DNA from: Candidatus Omnitrophota bacterium
GTDB lineage: Bacteria; Omnitrophota; Gorgyraeia; Duberdicusellales; 4484-171
Length of the DNA stretch: 64,000 nt
Direction: 5' to 3'
NCBI GenBank assembly: GCA_037146775.1
Contig: JBAWWL010000008.1
Coordinates: 6,160 to 70,159, forward strand
The translations under genes and the position numbers were made by a program. This document shows positions 1 through 9,667 of the stretch, piece after piece (within the stretch, counting starts at the first letter, position 1; every line of letters starts with the position of its first letter). Under the pieces are notes generated by a model, which ran no database searches, was not told where the DNA came from, and worked only from the letters and a program-made list of their open reading frames with translations.

Positions 1-135
1 AAATTTTGATAGAAAATTTTTACGGAGCATCACGGAACCTATTGGCCGACGAGGTTGCGGGAAATTGGCGAAGAGAATTTCCCGCATATTCAGCCGAGTC
101 GGGAATATCCAGAGAAACCACGGGCTTTAGTCCAG

Positions 136-204
136 CAGGCCGAAGGCCTGGTGGATAGCCCAACAGGCCGAAGGGCCCGGTGGATAGCCCGCGGAGGTTC
201 ATTT
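136..204 (+). repeat. Tandem 27-nt direct repeat (caggccgaagg[c/g]cc[t/c]ggtggatagccc x2), each with a GGCC..GGCC hairpin, followed by motif agcccgcggaggttcattt
   Basis: Direct reading. The second unit differs by 2 nt. The trailing 20-nt motif recurs at 15687-15707. Confidence 0.6.
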
Positions 205-295
205 ACTTAATTCGTTAATATTATAATCATAGTTATTGTAAATTTCGCTATTATTTATTTACAACCATACCATTTTTGATATAATTTTTTATCCC

Positions 296-1837
296 ATGAA
301 AAAAGTTGAAAGAGAAAAATGGACTTCTAAGATCGGTATCATTATGGCAGTTGCCGGCTCGGCGGTGGGTTTAGGTAATTTCTTGCGTTTTCCCTCCCAA
401 GCAGCGCAAAACGGCGGCGGCGCTTTCATGATACCTTATTTTATTTCTCTTTTTTTCTTAGGCATACCGCTGATGTGGATTGAATGGGCGATCGGCCGTC
501 ATGGCGGGTTGCTTGGCCACGGTACCGCGCCGTTTATTTTTAACCGCCTCTGGAAACACCGTGCTTCCAAATATTTTGGGGCTATAGGTATTTTTGGCCC
601 AGTAGCCATTTTCGTTTATTATGTCTATATAGAGAGTTGGTTGTTGGGGTATTGTTTTTATTCTTTGCGGGGAACTTTGCTTGGTTTCTCAACCAAAGAA
701 GAAATACTGGGTTTTTTAAAAAGTTATCAGGGCCTGGGTGCGCAAAATATATTTTTATACACGTACATATTCTTTCTCGTTACGTTTGCGATGAATTTTG
801 TAATTATTTATAAAGGCATAAAAAGAGGAATAGAAAAACTTTGTAACGTCGCATTGCCCATACTTTTTATATTTGCCGTTCTTATTGTTGTCAGAGTTGT
901 GACCTTGGGTGCGCCGGTGAAAGCGCATCCGGAATGGAACATTTTAAATGGCTTGGGATTTTTATGGAATCCTGACTTTAGCGCTCTGATGAATTCAAAA
1001 GTTTGGATTGCCGCTGCCGGCCAGATATTTTTTACTTTAAGCGTTGGTATCGGCGTGATCATGACTTATGCGAGCTACCTTTCCAAGGGCGATGATATAG
1101 TGTTGTCGGGGTTGACTGCCTCTTCGTTAAACGAATTCGCAGAGGTCATTTTAGGCGGAACAATCATAATACCTTTAGCATTTGCTTTTTTTGGCGGCAT
1201 AGGTGCGCAGACAATAGCGCAAAGTGGAAGCTTTAACATAGGCTTTGTGACGATGCCGCTTATTTTCTCTAAGATATCTTACGGGGCTGTTTTTGCCTTT
1301 CTTTGGTTTGCGCTGCTATTTTTAGCCGGTCTCACGTCCAGTATTTCTCTGCTTGAACCGCCGGTTTCTTTTTTAATCGACGAATTTTCTATTTCCCGTA
1401 AAAAAGCCGCAGCCATTATTGCATCGATAACTTTTGTGCTTTGTCAGTTTCCCATCTTTTTCCTTTCCCGGGGTGTAGTGGATGAGATCGATTTTTGGGC
1501 GGGATCGTTTTTCTTGGTAGTTTTTGCTTTTATCGAATGTATTTTGTTTATATGGATATTCGGTATTGATAAAGCCTGGGAGGAGATCCATCATGGCGCA
1601 GAACTTAATGTGCCGAGATTCTACAGGTTTATTATAAAATATATCACACCGTTATTTTTAATGTTGATATTGGGATTCTGGTTTTTTCAACAGGCTGTTC
1701 CCATATGTATGCTTAAAGGCGTAGCACCCGAAAATAAGCCGTACATAATAATGACACGAGTGGTGTTGGTAGTTTTATTTTTCATTATAGCGGTTTTAGT
1801 GAGAAAGGCTTATCGAAAAAAATTTAATGAGGCTTAG
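296..1837 (+). CDS. Sodium-dependent transporter, neurotransmitter:sodium symporter (NSS/SNF) family
   Basis: N-terminal AVAGSAVGLGNFLRFP signature of NSS family. About 12 predicted TM helices. 513 aa. Confidence 0.8.
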   Translation: MKKVEREKWTSKIGIIMAVAGSAVGLGNFLRFPSQAAQNGGGAFMIPYFISLFFLGIPLMWIEWAIGRHGGLLGHGTAPFIFNRLWKHRASKYFGAIGIFGPVAIFVYYVYIESWLLGYCFYSLRGTLLGFSTKEEILGFLKSYQGLGAQNIFLYTYIFFLVTFAMNFVIIYKGIKRGIEKLCNVALPILFIFAVLIVVRVVTLGAPVKAHPEWNILNGLGFLWNPDFSALMNSKVWIAAAGQIFFTLSVGIGVIMTYASYLSKGDDIVLSGLTASSLNEFAEVILGGTIIIPLAFAFFGGIGAQTIAQSGSFNIGFVTMPLIFSKISYGAVFAFLWFALLFLAGLTSSISLLEPPVSFLIDEFSISRKKAAAIIASITFVLCQFPIFFLSRGVVDEIDFWAGSFFLVVFAFIECILFIWIFGIDKAWEEIHHGAELNVPRFYRFIIKYITPLFLMLILGFWFFQQAVPICMLKGVAPENKPYIIMTRVVLVVLFFIIAVLVRKAYRKKFNEA

Positions 1838-1995
1838 ATTTTTTTAAGCCTCGTCCTGCCTGCCTAATCGGCAGGCGAAAAGATGGCAGGATGCAGAAAA
1901 AATATGGAGCCGAATTAACTCCACACCGAACTTGTTCTGGTGCGGGGTTGCACTAAATTCACCGACTTTAGTCGGTGCTAATTAACAGAGGTAAG

Positions 1996-2103
1996 ATGAC
2001 GCTGGCGGGCTGGATTTTTTTAATTCTTTCTTGGGGGATAATTATCAGTTTATCTATTTTTTGTATTCTCAGGGTTTTTAAAGAGCCATACAAGGATCTT
2101 TAA
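1996..2103 (+). CDS. Small hydrophobic peptide (35 aa), hypothetical
   Basis: ATG preceded by GAGGT 6 nt upstream. Translation MTLAGWIFLILSWGIIISLSIFCILRVFKEPYKDL gives a single TM helix. Lies in a 277-bp intergenic gap. Too short for the ORF track. Confidence 0.3.
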   Translation: MTLAGWIFLILSWGIIISLSIFCILRVFKEPYKDL

Positions 2104-2114
2104 TAGCTTCATAG

Positions 2115-3014
2115 ATGCGTAAAATCAGGTTTGTCTTTATATTTTTTTGTGTATTTCTTTTCCTGGGTGCTTCCGGCTACCATGCGTATACCGGCCTATC
2201 CTCGTATGCCCAGGTGCATAAAAATTTCCAGACGCTTCAAGATCGGGTTGACGTCATGGTGGAGAATTTTAGCGGAGAATGCGCGTTTATCATTAAAGAC
2301 ATAAAACATCCTTCTTGCGAGATTTCGCGTAATCAAAATCGCATGTTTCCTGCCGCAAGCCTGATCAAGCTGCCTTTAGCGGCGGTTGCGTTCAAAGCAG
2401 TGAAAGAAAATAAGATTTCACTCGAGCAAACCATTACCATTGAACGTAAGGATATTACCGGAGGTTCGGGGATACTCAAAACAAAGGTTGTACCTATCAC
2501 CATGACTTTTCAGGAGCTCATTGAAACGATGATTGCTCATAGCGACAATACCGCTTCGAATAAAATTATCGGTCTCTTAGGATATGAGTACATTAACGAT
2601 GGTTTCAAGGGGCTTGGTTTAAAGGGAACGATTTTGCGCAGAAAAATGATGGATTTCTCGATGCGGCGCAAAGGCGTGGAGAATTATATCACTGCCGCCG
2701 ACACCGTGTATCTTCTGGAGAAAATTTACAAAAAAGAGCTCATCGATATTCGGTCTTCGGAATTGATGATGGCATTCTTGAGGGAGCAAAAGATAAAAGA
2801 CAGAATCCCCCGTTATTTGCCTAAACAGGTTGATGTTGCCCACAAGACGGGGCTGGAGAGGGGGGTTGTTCATGACGCCGGTATTATTTTTTCTCCCAGG
2901 TCAGATTTTGTTATCTGTGTGCTTACTAAAAGGGTAAAGAGCTATAGTAAGGCAAAAAAATTTATTGCCCGTTTGTCGCTTCTGACCTATAATCGGCTAT
3001 GTATTGATAATTAG
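2115..3014 (+). CDS. Class A beta-lactamase-like serine hydrolase (secreted)
   Basis: Signal peptide. S-x-x-K (ASLIK), SDN (HSDNTASN) and KTG (HKTGLERG) motifs in canonical order and spacing. Confidence 0.7.
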   Translation: MRKIRFVFIFFCVFLFLGASGYHAYTGLSSYAQVHKNFQTLQDRVDVMVENFSGECAFIIKDIKHPSCEISRNQNRMFPAASLIKLPLAAVAFKAVKENKISLEQTITIERKDITGGSGILKTKVVPITMTFQELIETMIAHSDNTASNKIIGLLGYEYINDGFKGLGLKGTILRRKMMDFSMRRKGVENYITAADTVYLLEKIYKKELIDIRSSELMMAFLREQKIKDRIPRYLPKQVDVAHKTGLERGVVHDAGIIFSPRSDFVICVLTKRVKSYSKAKKFIARLSLLTYNRLCIDN

Positions 3015-3026
3015 AGGGGGAAGGCT

Positions 3027-4079
3027 ATGAATTTTGAATTTCTGTTAAAGGTTTTTACCTCGCTTCTGATTTTTAGCGGTTTTTTCTTCGCGGGGTTATT
3101 GTTCAAAAAGATCGGGTATAAACTTTTGCTGGTATGGGCAAAAAGGACTAAATGGCACGCAGACGACGCGCTTGTGCCGCTTTTGCGTAACCATCTTTTT
3201 TTCTGGCTGGTACTTTTCGGTATCTATTTTTCTGCCGCGATACTGCTAAACCGCGACGCGCTTTCTCGTCTTTATTCTGTTCTTCTGGTGTGTTTTTTGA
3301 TTTCAGTAACCCTTCTTTTTTCTAAATTCGTATCAGTCCTCATCAGCATGTATTCCGAACGCATTAAAACTACAGTGGCTATGAGCGAGCTTACCCAGGG
3401 AATAGCACGCTTGGTAGTTCTTATCATTGGTTTCTTGATGATTTTGAATAGCCTGGGGATATCCATTGCCCCGCTTCTTACCACTTTAGGTATAGGCGGT
3501 TTAGCGGTGGCACTCGCCTTGCAGGATACCTTGTCTAACTTTTTTGCCGGCTTTCATATTCTTTTGGCTAAGCAAATATCAATCGGTGATTTTGTCAGGA
3601 TAGATTCAGGAATAGAAGGTTATATCACTGATATTACCTGGCGGACCACCAAAATCAGGATGTCTAACGGTAACGTTGTTTTAGTGCCTAATTTTAAGCT
3701 TTCACAGTCAATTATCATTAACTGTTCGCGTCCCGCAAGAGAGATGACGACAATGGTTGAATTGAGCGTGCATTATGCGAGCAATCTTGAAGAAGTGGAA
3801 AAGATAACATTTGCTGTCGCGAAGGCGGTTATGCAGGAAACCGAAGAGGCGGCAAGTGGATTTCAACCGATAATAAACTTTTGCGCTTTGGGCGATTCCG
3901 GTATACAACTTACCGTTATGCTTAAGGCAAAAGAATTTAACGGTCAGTTTCGGCTCAAACACGAATTTATTAAGCGATTGCATGAAGTTTACAAGGAGAA
4001 GGGGATAGTCATCCCTTGTCCGGTACGGGCACTAAATTTTTCCCAAGAAGGCGCTCGCGATATTTTTAAAACCAGATAA
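3027..4079 (+). CDS. Mechanosensitive ion channel, MscS family
   Basis: N-terminal TM helices followed by the conserved MscS beta-domain (GDFVRIDSGIEGYITDITWRTTKIR, NGNVVLVPN). Confidence 0.8.
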   Translation: MNFEFLLKVFTSLLIFSGFFFAGLLFKKIGYKLLLVWAKRTKWHADDALVPLLRNHLFFWLVLFGIYFSAAILLNRDALSRLYSVLLVCFLISVTLLFSKFVSVLISMYSERIKTTVAMSELTQGIARLVVLIIGFLMILNSLGISIAPLLTTLGIGGLAVALALQDTLSNFFAGFHILLAKQISIGDFVRIDSGIEGYITDITWRTTKIRMSNGNVVLVPNFKLSQSIIINCSRPAREMTTMVELSVHYASNLEEVEKITFAVAKAVMQETEEAASGFQPIINFCALGDSGIQLTVMLKAKEFNGQFRLKHEFIKRLHEVYKEKGIVIPCPVRALNFSQEGARDIFKTR

Positions 4080-4156
4080 GTTATCCGAGCATCTTTGTTG
4101 TGTCGCTAACAAAATTATTGTTGCGCGCCAGCTGTTATCGGATAACATAAAACTAT

Positions 4157-4462
4157 ATGTTTATACTCAGCAATTTTATCAGCGCTCTCGCAAACGTTCT
4201 TAGCGTTTTGCTTACTCTTTGCTATTGGCTTATTCTTGTTCGTGCCCTCATCAGCTGGGTTAATCCAGACCCGCATAATCCTATTGTACAGTTTTTGTAC
4301 AAGACTACCGAACCGATGCTTTACCCTATCAGAAAGATTCTCCCTTTTAGCTTAAAAATGAGCATCGATATTTCACCGATTATCGCATTCTTTTTTATTA
4401 TGTTTTTACGCGGTTTCTTGGTGCAGAGCTTATTCGATCTCGCTGCCAGGCTTGCTCATTAA
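4157..4462 (+). CDS. YggT-family small membrane protein
   Basis: About 100 aa, two TM segments, YggT-like conserved core. Weak assignment. Confidence 0.45.
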   Translation: MFILSNFISALANVLSVLLTLCYWLILVRALISWVNPDPHNPIVQFLYKTTEPMLYPIRKILPFSLKMSIDISPIIAFFFIMFLRGFLVQSLFDLAARLAH

Positions 4463-4642
4463 AGCCTTCTTATAATACACTTGCTTTTATTCGTATTCTT
4501 TGTAAAATAAAATTTACACCTTTGAACCCCAACGAATCGCGGTTTACCGAAAAGCATGCATAAAATATGGGTTTTGGTTTTTTCAACGGGAAATATATAA
4601 GCCTTTTTAGCCGAGAGGACTGATATTGACGGGGAGGTCTAG

Positions 4643-4960
4643 ATGAAGGAAATAGTTGACGAGGTGTTGCAGGAAGAAGAAAGTGCGCTCAGGTTAGTCG
4701 AACAATCCAAAAGCCGTGCGCAAGAAACATTAACCAAGGCCAAAAAAGAAGCGGATGATTTTATTGGCCAGGAAGCGTTGAAACTGAAAGATTCAATTCG
4801 CGAAAAAAAAGACCAAGCACAGCGTTCTTTTCTTGCCGAAAAAGAAAGAATTATCCGAGAAATAAAAGAATCTAGTATTCGTTTACGTCAAAACAAAGAA
4901 AAAGAAATTCCTGCGCTTGCAAGGAAAGTTTTTTCTCAAATCATCGCTATCGGCGAATAA
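4643..4960 (+). CDS. V/A-type ATPase peripheral-stalk subunit (G/H-like), coiled-coil
   Basis: 105-aa highly charged helical protein. It is the first gene of the V-ATPase operon. Good RBS (GGGGAGG). Confidence 0.5.
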   Translation: MKEIVDEVLQEEESALRLVEQSKSRAQETLTKAKKEADDFIGQEALKLKDSIREKKDQAQRSFLAEKERIIREIKESSIRLRQNKEKEIPALARKVFSQIIAIGE

Positions 4961-4962
4961 TT

Positions 4963-6003
4963 ATGTTTGATCTCGCAAAATATTCCTTTGCTAACGCTAA
5001 AATACGGGCGATGCTTTCTTCTCTGGTAGAACCTGCCCTATTTTCACGTCTTATTGAATCCAGCGATCTTTACGAGGCGCTTGATATTCTTAAAAATACT
5101 CCTTATAAAAGTATAGTAGAAAAAATAGACAGGCAGGCACCGCGGCTTGAGCCTTTAGAGCAAGAATTGCTTAAGTATGATCTTACGATGTATCGCAAGG
5201 TTTATAATGCGCTTTCTACCAAGTATGAACGGTATTTTGTGTCATTACTGATGCAACGTTACGAGCTGGAAGAGTTAAAGGTGGCTTTGCGGATATGGCA
5301 TGGGAAGATAGAGGTTGATTTGGATGACTATCTTTTAAACGAGAATATTTATTATCACATTGATTTTAAAAAAATAGTATCGGTTCAGACGATTGAAGAA
5401 ATTATTTTACTTCTAGATGAAACCGCCTACAAACAGCCGCTTTTAAAAGCTAAAGATACATTTAAAAATCACAACGCAACATTTTATCTAGAAGTCGCCC
5501 TTGATAAAGACTATTATGCGCGTTTAATCGAGGCAGCTAAAAGTTTTTCTGCCGTTGACCGTGGTATTGCGGAAAAAGTTTTAGGCATAGAAATCGACGC
5601 TGAAAATATTAATTGGTTGATACGGATGCGTAAGTATTACGCTATAGGGATGGGAGATATTCTTAATCTAGTTATACCCGGAGGCGCACATATTGATAAA
5701 GATGCGGTTAGAAAATTCTATACCACTGACGGCCTCTCGAAGGTAGTGGAGAGTGTTGCCTTTGGCGCATATATCAAGGTAAAGGATTTAGCCGAAGAAA
5801 ATATATATTTTATCGACCAATTTCTTTACGAAATACTTCTTAAAGAGATAAAGAAAACATTAGCCGGATTTCCTTTTACTATCGGAACTGTGCTGGGTTA
5901 TTTGATTTTAAAACGCAAGGAAACAAGAAATATTATTTCGTTACTGTATTCTAAAATGTGCGGAATGGACAAAGAAGATACCGGACGCCTTTTATATATG
6001 TGA
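4963..6003 (+). CDS. V/A-type ATPase subunit C (V0 d-like)
   Basis: N-terminus Y-x-F-A-N-A-K-I-R-A-M-x-S-x-L matches the NtpC/AtpC family. 346 aa. Operon context. Confidence 0.75.
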   Translation: MFDLAKYSFANAKIRAMLSSLVEPALFSRLIESSDLYEALDILKNTPYKSIVEKIDRQAPRLEPLEQELLKYDLTMYRKVYNALSTKYERYFVSLLMQRYELEELKVALRIWHGKIEVDLDDYLLNENIYYHIDFKKIVSVQTIEEIILLLDETAYKQPLLKAKDTFKNHNATFYLEVALDKDYYARLIEAAKSFSAVDRGIAEKVLGIEIDAENINWLIRMRKYYAIGMGDILNLVIPGGAHIDKDAVRKFYTTDGLSKVVESVAFGAYIKVKDLAEENIYFIDQFLYEILLKEIKKTLAGFPFTIGTVLGYLILKRKETRNIISLLYSKMCGMDKEDTGRLLYM

Positions 6004-6278
6004 TAGTTAAAAAAGTCACGCGCAAGGAGTGCGAATAATACAATATTAGTAAATACTTTCAAGAAGGTATTTCAGATTTTTTATGATGATTTAGGCATTA
6101 ACCGAAAAAATGCACTTGTCGCTCGGCATTTTTTCGGTATACCTCGACGTTATCTGAAATTCACCCCTAAATTACAAAGAAACTTAAGGGTAAATTTCAG
6201 CGTCGACCCTTCGGGCAAAAAATGTATTTAGCAAAATACATTTTTTTGGGTTAAGTATTTTCGATAAGAAGTAAAAAT
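6004..6278 (+). promoter_or_regulatory. Structured intergenic spacer inside V-ATPase operon with three perfect or near-perfect inverted repeats
   Basis: Three inverted repeats: ACCGAAAAAATGC...GCATTTTTTCGGT (13-bp stem); TCGACGTTATCTGAAATT...AATTTCAGCGTCGA; AAATGTATTT-agc-AAATACATTT. Confidence 0.5.
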
Positions 6279-8201
6279 ATGTTTACTACATCGCCCATGG
6301 AATTGGTGAGTATGTTGGTATTAAAGGAAAAAACCGAAGAGGTGATATCCTATTTGATTACCTTGGGTATTTTTCATCCGGTTGATATCAGTAAGATTGA
6401 ACAGGAATTATCGGTATTATCTGTTTCTCAGATTGAAGATGAAAGCGCCGAATGGCAGGCGTTTGAGATAAAGTTACGCGATACGCTACGTAAGTTCAAT
6501 AGTTCTCCAGCCGCGAGTAAAGAGGCCGAATCGCTGCCGGTTACATTCATAAAAAGTACTTTTGTCACCATTGACGAGAAGCTAGAGCCGCTTATTTCGC
6601 AAATAAACGAAGCTCGGGAGGCGTTAAAGATAAACGAGTCTATGCGTGCCCAGGTAAAAGATTATTTCCTTTTCCCCATTAAAAAAAGCTCACTTTATAC
6701 TTTTCTGGAAGTAACCTTAGGCCGAGTCGAAGAAAAAAACATCGCGGCCCTTGAACGCAGCCTGAAAGACATCCCTCATTTGGTATATACCCTTAAGAAA
6801 GAGCTGGGAAAAGTTACCGCTATCCTGATTGGCTTGAAACGAGACAAAGCGCTTCTTGACCGTGTATTGCATGATTTTGCTTGGGAGAAGGTAGAATTTC
6901 CCGAAGAACATAAAGAGCTTTCCAAAGATGTTGAAGCGCAGATACAGGCAAAAATAGAGGAGAGTAAAAAACGCATCGAAACCGCAAACGCTGCCATACG
7001 GGAGCTCGCGAATACTTTTCAGGGAACACTATCTAAGATACGTTCGTGTATTATTCTAAAAAAGTCTTTATTGTATGCTAAAAAATATTTGTATACGACC
7101 GATAGGACCGTGATACTGTCTGGATGGGTGCCACGTGAAGAGAAGGAACGCCTGATACGCGAAATTAAGAAAATTGCCGGCGCTTCTTATGTTGAAGGTA
7201 AGAAAGCCGAAGACGTGGATATATCTAAGGAAGAAATACCCGTCCAAATACAACACTGGACGCTCTTTAAGCCTTTTGAACTATTGATTAATTCTTATGG
7301 TGTTGTGCGTTACGGGACGATTGACCCGACAATCTTTGTTGCTTTTAGCTTTCTTTTGATGTTTGGAGCGATGTTTGGCGATTTAGGGCACGGCCTTATT
7401 TTCGTGTTAACGGGAATATTATTATTAAGCTGTAAAAAACCAAAACTAAAGCAAGCTTCGGCATTACTTTTGTATTGCGGTATAAGCTCGTCAATTTTCG
7501 GAATTTTATACGGTAGTTTTTTTGGTTACGAAAAAATATTGCCCGCCATATGGATAAAGCCCATGCTTAACGTTATCGAAGCGTTTCGGGTAAGTATTAT
7601 TTTCGGTATTACTTTGATTACTCTCGGTATTATTATTAATATTGTTAACGCATTGCGCGATAAGGATTACGTGAAGGCGGTATTTGATAAAGCCGGCCTT
7701 GTCTCCGGTATCGTTTATATTACCGCCATAGCGTGGTTAAGCAAAAATTTCGTATCTACCGGCCGCGTTTCGCCCCTGTACCCCATAGTAATATCTGGAG
7801 GATTCTTGCTTTTATTTTGTAAGCCATTTATTGAGTTATTATCAAAAAAGAAGAAAAATAAAGAAAGCTTATTTGTGTCTTTTATGGAAAGTACTGTGGA
7901 TATTTTAGAAATTGTTATGGGTTATCTGGCAAACACAGTTTCTTTCATCCGTATTGCCGCATTTGCCTTGGCGCATGCCGGATTGTTTTTGGCTATTTTT
8001 GAACTTTCGCGTCTATTACGTCAAACCGGAGGCGCGGTTTTATCTCTGGTAGTTATTATTTTTGGCAATATACTAATTATATTGCTTGAAGGTTTGGTGG
8101 TTGGAATACAGTCACTTAGGCTTAACTATTATGAATTCTTCTCGAAATTCTTTATCACAGGAAAGCATATTTACCAGCCGTTGACATTTAAAGAGCGTTA
8201 G
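6279..8201 (+). CDS. V/A-type ATPase subunit I (a-subunit, membrane)
   Basis: 640 aa. Hydrophilic N-terminal half and a C-terminal half with multiple TM helices, including a conserved Arg-containing helix. Operon context. Confidence 0.8.
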   Translation: MFTTSPMELVSMLVLKEKTEEVISYLITLGIFHPVDISKIEQELSVLSVSQIEDESAEWQAFEIKLRDTLRKFNSSPAASKEAESLPVTFIKSTFVTIDEKLEPLISQINEAREALKINESMRAQVKDYFLFPIKKSSLYTFLEVTLGRVEEKNIAALERSLKDIPHLVYTLKKELGKVTAILIGLKRDKALLDRVLHDFAWEKVEFPEEHKELSKDVEAQIQAKIEESKKRIETANAAIRELANTFQGTLSKIRSCIILKKSLLYAKKYLYTTDRTVILSGWVPREEKERLIREIKKIAGASYVEGKKAEDVDISKEEIPVQIQHWTLFKPFELLINSYGVVRYGTIDPTIFVAFSFLLMFGAMFGDLGHGLIFVLTGILLLSCKKPKLKQASALLLYCGISSSIFGILYGSFFGYEKILPAIWIKPMLNVIEAFRVSIIFGITLITLGIIINIVNALRDKDYVKAVFDKAGLVSGIVYITAIAWLSKNFVSTGRVSPLYPIVISGGFLLLFCKPFIELLSKKKKNKESLFVSFMESTVDILEIVMGYLANTVSFIRIAAFALAHAGLFLAIFELSRLLRQTGGAVLSLVVIIFGNILIILLEGLVVGIQSLRLNYYEFFSKFFITGKHIYQPLTFKER

Positions 8202-8251
8202 GATAGAATCAAAAATTCAGCGAGTTAGTTGTTTTATTGGCGCAATATTGA

Positions 8252-8596
<345 letters not shown>

Positions 8597-8718
8597 TTGC
8601 GCAGATTACACAGATTTTAAAAAGATTACATAGATGTAAGAACGCCGTCCATAAAACGTCTTAGCTTTTAATCTGCGTAATCATTTTTCTAATCGGTGTA
8701 ATCGTTTAAAAAAATAGA
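8597..8718 (+). promoter_or_regulatory. GATTAC-rich intergenic element containing conserved ~35-nt motif aatctgcgtaatc-N-ttttcta-tc-g-gtaat
   Basis: The block aatctgcgtaatcatttttctaatcggtgtaatcg is shared almost exactly with 21217-21250. It also has an inverted partner gattgcgcagatt upstream. Confidence 0.5.
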
Positions 8719-9021
8719 ATGAATTTTTTTTGTATAGCCGAAAAAGAAAGTAGTCTGGGCTTTAAATTCAGCGGTATTGAGGTACGCGAGGCTAATTCAC
8801 GTATCCAGGCGCAAGAAGCCTTACGGGTGGCTTCCGCAATAGAAGGCATAGGTATTATTATTATTACAGAAAAATGTGCATCTTGGATACGGGAAGAAAT
8901 AACTCCCTTGCTTTACCGCCAAGAGCTGCCGTTGGTGCTGGAGATTCCTTCACGTGGCTCTCGGGGGCAGCGTAAAAGTGTCGGCGAGTTTTTGAAAGAA
9001 ATTGTCGGAGTGGGGATGTAA
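8719..9021 (+). CDS. V/A-type ATPase subunit F
   Basis: 100 aa, subunit F-like (IGIIIITE core). Lies between K and E. Confidence 0.6.
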   Translation: MNFFCIAEKESSLGFKFSGIEVREANSRIQAQEALRVASAIEGIGIIIITEKCASWIREEITPLLYRQELPLVLEIPSRGSRGQRKSVGEFLKEIVGVGM

Positions 9022-9022
9022 G

Positions 9023-9667
9023 ATGCATAAAAAATTACCAATAGATACAACTAAAGAGAACGCTCAGGAATTGCTTAAAAAAATTAATCTTGAAGCTGAG
9101 GCGGAAATAGCGGATATAAACGCCATTACGAAGCGGGAGGTAGACAAGATTTTTGCGCAAGCTAACAAAGAAGTAGAAGCAAAAAAAGAGATAGATTTAA
9201 GCCAACTTCAAAAGGAAATAGAAGCCTTGAGAGAAAAAAACTTTTCTACGGTTACTCTTGAGAAAAAAAGAGTAATTTTAGGTGAACAAAACGCTTTTAT
9301 AGAAAAAGTGTTTTGCGCGGTTAAGGACGAGGCGGCGCGGTTTCGTCTTTGTGCCGAGTATGTGGCATTCCTGGAGAGAGCTATCTTGGAGGCTGTTGCG
9401 GTTATTGACAGCGAGCATATGGTTGTCTCCTATTCATCGCTTGATGAGAAAATATTCAGCGCAGAATTTATCACCAATGTGCAAAAAAATTGTGCGGTGA
9501 AATTTGGAAAAAAAATTGTTTTTAATTTTCAAAAAAGTGATTTTAATGACATGGGTGTTACTGCTGCGTCTTGCGACGGTCATTTATGCTACGATAATAG
9601 ATTTACCGCACGCTTAAAGCGCGCCTACGAAGAAATATACGCACAGTTGCAGAAGGAGATAGCGTAA
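9023..9667 (+). CDS. V/A-type ATPase subunit E
   Basis: Charged coiled-coil N-terminus and a C-terminal globular domain. The track ORF uses TTG at 9002, but the ATG at 9023 has a proper RBS. Confidence 0.6.
   Translation: MHKKLPIDTTKENAQELLKKINLEAEAEIADINAITKREVDKIFAQANKEVEAKKEIDLSQLQKEIEALREKNFSTVTLEKKRVILGEQNAFIEKVFCAVKDEAARFRLCAEYVAFLERAILEAVAVIDSEHMVVSYSSLDEKIFSAEFITNVQKNCAVKFGKKIVFNFQKSDFNDMGVTAASCDGHLCYDNRFTARLKRAYEEIYAQLQKEIA

Noticed and set aside
20-202. 60-aa minus-strand ORF at window start
   Set aside because: It lies entirely within the tandem hairpin repeat region. Its composition is driven by GGCC repeats, and it has no start context.
1838-1870. Terminator after NSS transporter (GAGGCTTagatttttttAAGCCTC)
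   Set aside because: The stem includes the stop codon. The T-run is in the loop, not 3' of the stem. It is not a canonical intrinsic terminator, though it may still be structural.
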